DNA from: Octopus bimaculoides
Taxonomy: Eukaryota
Assembly: GCF_001194135.2 (NCBI RefSeq)
Contig: NC_068981.1
Location: forward strand, 128,993,236 to 129,057,235
Reading direction: 5' to 3'
DNA: 64,000 bases
Made by a program: the position numbers and the translations under genes. Under the pieces are notes generated by a model that saw nothing but the letters and a program-made list of their open reading frames with translations, did no database searches and was not told the origin of the DNA. Shown piece after piece: positions 53,921 through 64,000 of the stretch (its first letter is position 1; each line of letters starts with the position of its first letter).

Positions 53921-55175
53921 GTAAGTTATGTAATGGTGGTATTCAAAAGATGGATCTTAAGCACCAAATAGAATTGACTATTTCAATTTAGCAATATGAT
54001 CAGCACTGAAAGAAGTTGAAAATAAGGAACTGGATGAATCCAGAAATTCTCATCTCTGTCAAGAGTGACTTACAGAGCGCCTGCTTGACTCTTATCTGTT
54101 AAAGTGAGGAAGGAATGGCGAGAATGTTTGGCCAATTTATGTTGTATTTGTTGGTAAGTGTTCTTTGAACTTCAACTAATAGTTATAAAATAGATTAGTA
54201 ATAGAAATACATATTTTAAACAGAGAAATCATAGAAATTAAATGTGCACTTAACCTTGTATAATATTTTCCCATGAAATTCCACCGAGGTCGACTTTGCC
54301 TTTCATCTTTTGGGGTTGATAAATTAGGTACTAGTTGAATACTGGGGGTGATCTAATTGACTATCACCCACCCCCAAAATTTCAGGCCTTGTGCCTAGAG
54401 TAGAAAAGTATACTTTCATGTGAACCACTGTGTGAAAATCTATATGGTTGCTCAACTTGCTAAAGACAGCTGCCAATTCTCCCTCAGACACAGCTACTGT
54501 CTAAATTTGGGCCACATCAATGTCATACTAAATATGCTACTTGAAAAAATAAGGAGTTGTTTAATCATCTTTAATCGTAGGTTTACAAGATCAAAACTGT
54601 CTTGGGGGTTATACAGCAAATACTATTTGTAAATAAATTTTGGTTCATGGTTTATTTTTATCATGGGTAGGGAAGGTTGCTGTTGGTATGGAATAGTCTA
54701 TTCTTATTTTGTTGATTCCAGTTTCATAGTCTATCAGCTTGTATTTTCTTTTTCACTTTATCAGTTTAGCCTTATACAAAAATGATTGAGTTGATATAGT
54801 ATTACTTTATTAACAATATGTTTGGCAAGAGTTTTGATCCGAACACTTGCATCCAATATTATGTTTTGGAAGGGGCATCTTGGTCAGAACACATTGCTGT
54901 ATTAATAATTTTTTTTTATTCTTTCATAGTTTTTCATCAACCACTTATTTCTTAATCATTAATCTTTGCTGCACCAGGAGTGTGATTGAAGATTAAGAAT
55001 AATGATATGAATAGTAAAGCTAGTCCATGTATTTAAGATGCTTATTCTAAAATACAATATTAAATATCAGATGACTGACTGTGTTGTGAATTTACGTAGT
55101 TACTGCAGATTAAAATTATTTCAGTTGATCTAACAGCCCAGTGCTCATTGAAATTAACTGAGATGCATCCATCGT

Positions 55176-55217
<42 letters not shown>

Positions 55218-55364
55218 TNNNNNNNNNNNNNNNNNNNNNNNNNNNNNNNNNNNNNNNNNNNNNNNNNNNNNNNNNNNNNNNNNNNNNNNNNNNNNNNNNN
55301 NNNNNNNNNNNNNNNNNNNNNNNNNNNNNNNNNNNNNNNNNNNNNNNNNNNNNNNNNNNNNNNN

Positions 55365-55404
<40 letters not shown>

Positions 55405-55621
55405 TTAATGTCTCTTTTTCCATGCTTGCAAGAGATCAGATGGAATTTATTGAAGTAGATTTTTTTCTATGGCCAGATGCCCTTCCTTTACCTATGTTCA
55501 AGTAAGGCAAGATTTCCCCATGGTCAGGCATGTTTTCACAGAATATTGGAAATGAATGATACTGATTTTATGACACTGACAATCATTTACAGCTACCACA
55601 TGATGTCAGGTCAAGGAGACA

Positions 55622-55662
<41 letters not shown>

Positions 55663-56194
55663 CAGGTTTCTTCAGTTTCCACCTACCAAATCTACTCCCA
55701 AGCTTTTGATTGGCTTGAAGTTTTTATAGAAGACACTTATTCAAGGTGCTACACAGTGGGACCAGTAGTATATTTACAGCTGAGTGAGTATCAGAGTTAT
55801 GAATTGAAACATTCATTGCTGGCAGACATTCAAAACCATGGCCATTGAATAACTATTCAATGCTTGAACTCTTCACCTTTGTAACATTTTGTAACCATTG
55901 TGACATTCCTTGGAAAACAATGTTTTCATTGTCAGTGTCACATTAAAATATCTGTATTATTCATAATGAATGCTATTATAAAAACAAATAGTAAACACTT
56001 GACTCAGTAATCGTGTTTTAGATGGGTGTACATAAAGAGAGGATATATTTATATTTGTTATGTTTCCTCATAGAAAACAGTAGGGATGAAACTGAATATT
56101 TTAACCCTCTAGCGTTCAAATTATTCTGTCAAATAATAAACACTTGACTCAGACAGAAACCATGTTTTAAATGGGTTTGTAAAGAGAAGATATA

Positions 56195-56595
56195 CAGAGT
56201 GAGCCAAAATTATGTTAACACTTATCTGTTCTGTTACAGATAGACATTCCCCATGGCTGACAGGCTCGCATTGGAACAAAGAAAGGTGGTTGCAAGCTTG
56301 ATGGAAGTGTTTGGCTCGCCAACGACACAGTGCATCAAAAGTTTCCTGAACGATTTCCACATCGTGACCCACCAAGTCGTTTAACACTTTATCATATCCA
56401 TGACAAGTTTGTATCGACTAGATCAGTAGCGGACAACTATCAAGGAAATGCAGGCCAGCCTAAATCAGGCAGAAGTATCTTGAACATTGCTGCTGTGCAG
56501 CAGGCCGGCCCAAATCAGGCAGAAGTACCGTGAACATTGCTGCTGTGCAGCAGGCTGTACTCCAGAGTCCATCTAAATCAACGAGAAAACATGCC
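56195..56595 (+). mobile_element. Tc1/mariner-superfamily 5' fragment (N-terminal HTH)
   Basis: TA-CAGAGTGAGCCAAAA terminus; HQKFPERFPHRDPPSRLTLYHIHDKFVSTRSVAD..GQPKSGRS..NIAAVQQAVLQSPSKSTRK; internal tandem duplication of about 50 bp. Confidence 0.65.
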
Positions 56596-57048
56596 TGGTT
56601 AGGGAGAAATACTACCTTACTTTGAAACAAGTGTGTGTTGGCAATAGGATAGGCATCTAGCCATAAAAAATTTGCCTCAACTAATTGTTTGACCCATGCG
56701 AGTATAGAAAAGTGAACATTAAAATGATGTTGATAATATTATTCCTGTCGCCATCTTTACAAGACATGAACAGCCACATTTTCTATTTATTTTCACAAAA
56801 TATTATGCATTTAAAGATGTTGTGTGCATGAAATTAAATTATATTATTGTGTAAAGAGAACATTGAAGTTTAAATAATGTTTATGACACCAATACCTGAA
56901 TAATTTTTTTATACACCCTTATAGTATGTTTTTATTTTATGAATTTGGGTGTTTTGTTTGTTTTGATTCCTCAAATAACTTGAAATAATTTTGCTTGTTT
57001 TCCAGATTTTGCAAACAAAACCTTTATTTTGTTTTTTATTTTACTACA

Positions 57049-57546
57049 ATGGAGCGCCCTCCGTCTCCAGCACGGCTGGCCTACACCTCAGATAAACATC
57101 CGCGGCATACATTGGAGGCCATCAATGTTCTTCGGAAATTGAGAGAACTGTGTGATGTGGTGCTTATTGTTGGACAACGAAAGATTTTTGCTCATCGTAT
57201 GATTTTGTCAGCATGCAGTCCTTACTTCCATGCCATGTTCACTGGAGAATTAGCAGAGAGCCGTCAGACTGAGGTCACCATAAGAGACATTGATGAGAAT
57301 GCCATGGAGCTTCTCATAGACTTTTGTTATACTGCAAACATTACTGTTGAAGAAAGCAATGTACAGACTTTACTGCCAGCTGCATGCTTATTGCAGCTGG
57401 CTGAAATTCAAGAAGTGTGCTGTGAGTTCTTAAAACGGCAACTGGATCCATCCAATTGCCTTGGGATTCGTGCCTTTGCTGATACTCATGCCTGCCGAGA
57501 CCTCCTAAGGATAGCTGACAAATTTACCCAACACAACTTTCAAGAG
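57049..57546 (+). CDS. KLHL20: Kelch-like protein 20 (diablo ortholog), first coding exon, BTB domain
   Basis: [23 protein letters not shown]...[28 protein letters not shown]...QHNFQE; acceptor ttttccag at 57005, donor GAG|GTAAAT; 166 codons; near-identical to KLHL20/diablo. Confidence 0.97.
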
Positions 57547-57799
57547 GTAAATTTGTTGTTTTTTTTTATATTGTTTTATTTCTTGTATTTGCAATACCAA
57601 TTGATAAAGGCATTACAAAATGCTTTCTTGCTCCCATGACTGATCAATATATTTAGCACTTAACCACACCATCTCTACATATTTCTATCATAAATCAGAT
57701 TTCTTAAAACAAGCAATCACTTGTGTGCATGCATGCATGCATGCGTGTGGTGTACATACATGTATACACACACACATACAGGCACATGTATAGGTATAT

Positions 57800-58145
57800 G
57801 TAGGTGCTATGAGACCTTGTGGGCAGGTGTTTTCTATTATAGCCCCAGGTGGGCCAACACCTTGTGAGTGAATTTGATACATAGAAACTATGCATGAGTC
57901 AATCATGTATATGTATGTATGTGTGTGGTTTGTATAGGCTTGTCTTTATGTGACACTGCCTGATAACCAGTGTTAGTTTGTTTATATCTCTGTAACATAG
58001 TAGTTTGGTAAAAACAGAATCTGACAGAAGAGGTACCATACTTAAAAAATAAGTACTAGTGTCAATTTGATCAACTAAACCCTTCAAGGCAATGCCCTAG
58101 AATGGCTGCAGTCTAATGACTAAAACTTGTGCAAGAGTAAAAGAG
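57800..58145 (+). mobile_element. SINE family B copy in KLHL20 intron
   Basis: ttgtgggcaggtgtttctattatagccccagg...gaatggctgcagtctaatgactaaaac. Confidence 0.75.
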
Positions 58146-58822
58146 TTCATAAATTTACTGGTCGCAGCTTCTTCAAATGAAATAATACTGTGTAATACGA
58201 TTTTTGTCCCTGGGTAGTAACTGTTATTTCCTCTTTGCTTACTCCTAGAAAGTATGAAAAATAACTAAAATATCCTTCTCAAAACATGGCTATGATGCTC
58301 CCCCACTACTCTTGCTCATGGTCAGAGATGCACATATTGTCAGCCACTTAGGGACATGCACAAGTGGTTATAGTGAAGCAACTGACAAGCAAATCTATGG
58401 TGCTGAGCAGAATATTTGCTGTAAAGATATTTCTGCTTCAGCAACTCTGCACTAAATGTAATGGAAAATAGGTCAGTTTCAAAGCATTGATATCCAGGTT
58501 ACAAAGCAAAGTTTAAAGTGAATAGTAGTCATTTCCTTTGATTTCTAGATAAAGGCAAATAGGAAATAACGTTTATAGACCAAAGACAAAAAAGAAAAAT
58601 TAAAATTTTGTTACACAGTGTAATACTTCAAACATAATAAAGGTACAGGGAAAATAGCTGAGTGGCTATGGTATTGAGCCAGGTGTTCATATCTTAATTC
58701 ACCTTGGTATCAAGAATAAGCATCAGTTCTTCATGGAATGTTAAATTAAATTAGACCAGCATACTATAGTGCAGTTTCAGAGATACTTAAATTTTCAAAT
58801 GATAATGTTTAAATTTTTATAG

Positions 58823-58981
58823 GTGATGGAAAGTGAGGAATTCTTATTACTTCCTGTGAATCAACTTGTTGATATAATCTCCAGTGATGAGCTGAATGTA
58901 CGAAGTGAAGAACAAGTCTACAACGCTGTCATGGCATGGGTCCGTTACAATATCCAAGAGAGAAGGCAGCATCTTCCAACT
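58823..58981 (+). CDS. KLHL20: KLHL20 coding exon 2, BACK domain
   Basis: tttttatag|GTG ATG GAA AGT GAG GAA...CCA ACT|gtatgt; 53 codons [42 protein letters not shown]. Confidence 0.97.
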
Positions 58982-59153
58982 GTATGTCAAACAATGCAGA
59001 ATTCTTTATTCTTTAATAATCTATTAATTGTATTTTTGGTAAATGAACAAATGTATATAAATAAATATTCCTTTTTGAAATATTCTTGCAACATTTCTTA
59101 AATAAAAGTTTCACATTTATTTTTCTCTGCAAGTATGATTATATTGGAATCAA

Positions 59154-59500
59154 CATCATCATCGTTTAACGTCCGCTTTCCATGCTAGCATGGGTTGGAC
59201 GATTTGACTGAGGACTGGTGAACCAGATGGCTACACCAGGCTCCAATCTGATTTGGCAGAGTTTCTACAGCTGGATGCCCTTCCTCACGCCAACCATTCC
59301 GAGAGTGTAGTGGGTGCTTTTACGTGCCACCTGCACAGGAGCCAGTCCAGCGGCACTGACAACGATCTCGCTCGAATGTCTTTACACATGCCACCGGCAC
59401 AAGTGTCAAGAAGGCGACACTGGGCACAGGTGCCATCACGATTTCGCTTTCGCTTGCCCCAACAGGTCTTCGCAGGCCGAGTTTTGTGTCCAATGAAGGA
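59154..59500 (-). mobile_element. Young RTE-type 3' tail copy in KLHL20 intron
   Basis: CpG-intact; about 95% identical over about 110 nt (5 substitutions, 1 indel) to 47761-47870 in the opposite orientation. Confidence 0.85.
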
Positions 59501-60373
59501 GATTTTCATTAATATTGTCCACAGCTGGGCAAACTGAGTATTTGATTGCTAACTTCTAACTACCTGTCTGTAAAACTGAAATAGTAGACTGATACACTCA
59601 AAGAAATATAACTTAGCCATGTGTACAATATAAGGCTTAGCAAGCCAACAGTGTTTCATTGGAGCAGTGTTTTTAATATTGAACCATGCTCTATGCAACT
59701 TGTCCGAAGTAGTGTCCTCATGACCAAGTTCTTTCCAGAAGTTTCAAATCTCAAGTCAATTCAAACTGAAACCATTCTGCCACTTTGTTTTGAATTCTAA
59801 CGTTGAACTTTTATTGGGGCAATTATGTAAAATATGCCAATGAGAGCTCTTTTCAACCTGCAAGAAATAGCAACCAAATTTACCTTAAATCACATCCTGT
59901 TATCTTTAAAAAATATGGATACATTTGATATTATAGTACTAAGATGGTCATGACTGGAATGCTTTTGATCAAAAGCCTGCTCATTTCAAGTTGTCTTGGT
60001 GCCAAACAATGTCATAAGACTTGAACCTGTGAACTTCACATAACAACATTTCTTGTGTGCTTTTTGAAGTTGTACCATTGAAAATTACTGTTTTTGCATT
60101 TGTTTATGGCTCCTATGAAAACACATGATCAATATGTACAACCTTAATGTACTCCAACATCTACAGATGAAGTTTTACTTAGGATACTTAACTGAGTGTT
60201 AGATATATTTATTTAAATATCTAATTCATAATTAACTTAAATACCTAAATTCCTTGCCAGAAGAGGAAAACTTTAATAAAATCTCACAAAGTGAACGTAT
60301 GTTATAATGTAAAGGATATTTTAATTGCTTTTGAATAACAGGAAATATTTCTAAAATGTCTATCCATTTATAG

Positions 60374-60584
60374 GTCTTACAGCATGTTCGTCTCCCTTTG
60401 ATGAGTCCGAAGTTCCTGGTTGGTACTGTAGGATCTGATCTGCTTATAAAAAGTGATGAATCCTGTCGTGATCTGCTAGATGAAGCTAAAAACTACCTCC
60501 TCTTGCCTCAAGAAAGACCCCTCATGCAGGGGCCACGAACAAGACCTCGGAAACCCATCCGTTGTGGAGAAGTATTGTTCGCTG
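60374..60584 (+). CDS. KLHL20: KLHL20 coding exon 3
   Basis: catttatag|GTC TTA CAG CAT GTT CGT...TTC GCT G|gtaaat; [22 protein letters not shown]...[14 protein letters not shown]. Confidence 0.97.
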
Positions 60585-61168
60585 GTAAATATTCTCCTTG
60601 CTCCATTTTTAATGGTTTGTCCTTTACACAGCATATTTTTCTTTATTTAACAGTCTTGTGACCGTTTCAAATTTTTTCTCATTAAGGCAAATGGTATGTT
60701 TACTGTTAACACTGATTCATTTATTTCCAAATCCAAACTGGAACAGTAGACATAGAATTGAAAATGGAGCCATATTATTAGCATTTTTATTATATCCAAT
60801 GTTTATAAGATGGTCCGATATCAGTATTGCATCTAAAGCAAACAATCATTAATTTTTCTATACCGAAATTGCATACAGCTTGTGGTACATATTGAGAGCT
60901 CTTGAGAGTCAAGTATCACATTGCAGCAGCAGTAACAAAATATTTTCTAACTTGTTGATTCAGCTATCTTTAACTCTCAAACAGTGGCTATTAGATAATA
61001 AACTTTTACTCTGTCTTTTTGATAAATATAGTTTTATACTGCAAATGAAAGATGAAATTTGTCTTGAGAGTGGTTGTGCTGCCTTTTTGATTTGAACTAA
61101 ACAAATAAGTCAGTTTGTTAAAACTTTTCTTGTTTTGATATATAATCCTTAAAAATCTTCAATTGCAG

Positions 61169-61352
61169 TTGGTGGATGGTGTAGTGGTGATGCGATATCT
61201 AGCGTTGAGAGATATGACCCTCAGACAAGTGAATGGCGCATGGTAGCACCAATGAGTAAACGACGCTGTGGTGTAGGTGTTGCTGTCTTAAATGACCTTC
61301 TTTATGCTGTAGGAGGCCATGATGGACAATCTTATTTAAACAGCATTGAAAG
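61169..61352 (+). CDS. KLHL20: KLHL20 coding exon 4, Kelch repeats 1-2
   Basis: aattgcag|TT GGT GGA TGG TGT...GAA AG|gtaaga; [62 protein letters not shown]. Not in the ORF track. Confidence 0.97.
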
Positions 61353-61759
61353 GTAAGAGTTTATCACATATTCATTTTGTAATAGGAATGTACTGACAGT
61401 CTTTGACATTATGTATCAATCTGTTCATGTGATAGCAGTCAAGGTTGAGTAGTCTCTATGATGTAAGTAAACTTGGAATGAAGTAATTGTTGTATGTTGG
61501 AGAGCAAGTAGGAGCTTTTGTGGAAATACATGAGTTCAGGTGTCATGTTAGAAAATATTCTACATCTATATATTCATGGAAATTTAATTAAAACTTACCT
61601 CATTTTCATAGCAGATACATAAATTGACCTGGAATTGAAAAAAAAATTGATTAGAAATTTATGTTTGATTTCTTAGATAATATTGATTTCTTAGATGAAA
61701 AAATGTTTAGTATTTCTGAAATTGCTTGACCATTTAAGAAGTAGCAACAGCCTGTACTT

Positions 61760-61875
61760 GTCAAAATTTATTTAGCGAAAGCCTCAGAAAATGTATTTTC
61801 TGGAAGATTCGCAGCAGTTTTGTCAAAATTTATTTAGCAAAGGTCTCAGAAAATATATTTCCTAGAAGATTCGCT
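61760..61875. repeat. 62-bp tandem duplication in KLHL20 intron
   Basis: gtcaaaatttatttagc...gaagattcgc at 61760 and 61822. Confidence 0.85.
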
Positions 61876-62111
61876 GTGTCTTCTTGACAGTGTACATAAT
61901 TTACTTTATGGCCTTTAATGGCAGGTATTCAGACATTGATAACACTTCAGTTACTATGTCATTATCTGAAACGATTATAAATATGAAATCACATGTAGAT
62001 ATCAGTCACATTTCCATGTTATAATGTTACAATGTAAGACACGTAAATTGTTATTTTCCTTCCATATATTTTTCTAAATCCAATTATGTTGTTTTTTCTT
62101 AATACTTGAAG

Positions 62112-62255
62112 ATATGATCCTCAAACAAATCAGTGGAGCAGTGATGTTGCACCAACTAGCTCTTGTCGAACAAGTGTTGGAGTAGCTGTATTGGATGGAC
62201 ACATGTATGCAGTTGGAGGCCAAGATGGTGTATCTTGCTTGAATTTTGTAGAAAG
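62112..62255 (+). CDS. KLHL20: KLHL20 coding exon 5, Kelch repeat 3
   Basis: ttgaag|A TAT GAT CCT CAA...GTA GAA AG|gtattt; [48 protein letters not shown]. The remaining Kelch exons lie beyond the window. Confidence 0.96.
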
Positions 62256-63562
62256 GTATTTTTGGCTCTTTTTCCCATCTTTCGAATTTGAATCCTTGCA
62301 CTAAGAAAATCCTTTAGGGTTCTACAATTTATTTCAGTAGGATAAATTATGAATTTATTTCAAATTCTAGAGATTATTTGAAGGAACAAGTATGTATAGT
62401 AACTAGAGAGGAAAAGATATAATACACTACAATAAGCTTTTGGCTATATGAATATTAACCAAGTAAGACCAGAAATAAAACATAGATGTTTGGAGAGTAA
62501 TTATACGTTAGAAAGAGGATGGGAGACCAGTATCCATGACATTTGCAGAGAGTAATGAGTGAACAAGGTGTTTATTCTGGGATCTGAAAGATAAGACTTA
62601 CCAGGTATAATGAAACAAGGAATGGCAAGTGTGTCAAGTGGGCTTGAGTAAAGGGAATCTGCAGCCAGCTAGTTCAAATGAGAAGGGACAGAATAAAGAG
62701 ATAGTGCATTCATAATCGATTCAACTGATCACAGATCAGTTGAAGATTGTCATAAGTTAATGTTTGTCAGTTGGTCAGATGGCCCTCTGTTGGATGTAAC
62801 AGCAGCAACATCCAAGACAGGTAAAAACTACTTCAGTGTGAAATTTTGGAAATAGAATTATTAAGCTTTTAAGCTTCTGGTTTTATGGTGACGAGATTAA
62901 TATACAAGGTCTGATGTAAGGTAAAATAAAATAGTATTTATAATGATCTGATAAGAAAATGCTAAAAGATATATTTTCAGAAAGTAGTTTTTTTCCTTAA
63001 ATCTTTTTAAAAAGATTAAAGTATTTTCTGTTTTATTTAGTGTTAAGGAAGGTTAGAATCATAATGTAGTTTGGAATAGAAACATATCAGTAACAATGAA
63101 GACTGTTAAAATGCTGAATGAAAAGAAAGCTATCTCTATAATTTGGAACCAGTGAGTGCAGTAAAAAAAAAAGATACATTACAGTGTTTATATTTCTTGA
63201 CATCCATTTGTCTGAGTTTGATGGTTTTCAGAGTTCTACAAATTTCAATGTTTGCATATGAGTTGTTGATGATACTTGTACTAGAATAAGAAAAAAAAAA
63301 CCCAAAAGAATTTAGATCATTAACCTGGGAAACTTAGAATGTACTTGAAAGTAGTGTTACAAGACTAAAATTTATGGAAAAATACTGGATAGTGAATCTC
63401 CCCAACAGATGAAGAATACTCTCACTAGCAATATAGCCTTTGCACTATGAAGTGTGAATAAAAATTTTTCTTAGTCACACTGGCTAAGAGAAGTGGTATG
63501 TTATGCTTTTGGCTATATTAGTTTTCAATCAGTTGTTTAGTTTGTTAACCACACAGCCACTC

Positions 63563-63930
63563 TTTACTCTTTTACTTGTTTCAGTCATTTGACTGCAGCC
63601 ATGCTGGAGCACTGCCTTTAGTCAAGCAAATCGACCCCAGCACTCATTCTTTTAAAGCCTAGTACTTATTCTATCGGTCTCTTTTGTCAAACTGCTAAGT
63701 TACAGGGACATAAACACACCAGCATCGGTTGTCAAGCAATGCTAGGGGGACAAACACAGACTCACAAACACACACACACATATATGTTTCTGTCTACCAA
63801 ATCCACTGACAAGGCTTTGGTCGGCCCGAGGCTATAGTAGAAGACACTTGCCCAAGGTGCCACGCAGTGGGAATGAACCCGGAATCATGTGGTTGGTAAG
63901 CAAGCTACTTACCACACAGCCACTCCTGTG
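63563..63930 (-). mobile_element. SINE family B copy
   Basis: Reverse complement of the 43670/51174 family, head near 63925. Confidence 0.85.
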
Positions 63931-64000
63931 CCTATCTACCAATTTTTTTTATTTTTCATCCATCAGAGAATCTGGGAAGATCAAGGGCACGGTCCCTTCT

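Noticed and set aside
56995-57048. N-terminal extension of KLHL20 from the TTG start in the ORF track
   Set aside because: Crosses the 57005 acceptor and is T-rich UTR-like; the protostome-type start [10 protein letters not shown] at 57049 fits better.

Overview
AT-rich (strongly CpG-depleted) eukaryotic genomic DNA with N-gaps next to (TA)n/(CA)n microsatellites; the tRNA-derived SINE families and RTE tails look like those of an octopus/cephalopod assembly (inference). Two intron-containing genes point away from each other. On the minus strand is an NKRF-like dsRNA-binding protein gene: coding exons 5860-4891, 4730-3125 and 2154-2031, about 900 aa so far, with the C-terminus beyond the window start. 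On the plus strand is KLHL20/diablo (BTB-BACK-Kelch): five coding exons from 57049 to 62255, continuing past the window end. Each gene has its own CpG-retaining candidate promoter (about 25.3 kb and 39.1 kb) and apparently a multi-exon 5' leader across a roughly 17-19 kb region. The rest is a transposon graveyard: a full-length decayed mariner, a Tigger/pogo fossil, two hAT elements with perfect 8-bp TSDs, two R4/Dong-clade retrotransposons in (TAA)n tracts, RTE and Penelope fragments (including a degenerate hammerhead-like motif), many SINEs, a 32-bp minisatellite and several long palindromes. No CRISPR, rRNA or bona fide tRNA gene was found. I could not establish a new biological system; the best leads are the (TAA)n-targeted Dong cluster, the hammerhead-like motif, the prion-like NKRF architecture and a candidate spliced overlapping uORF.
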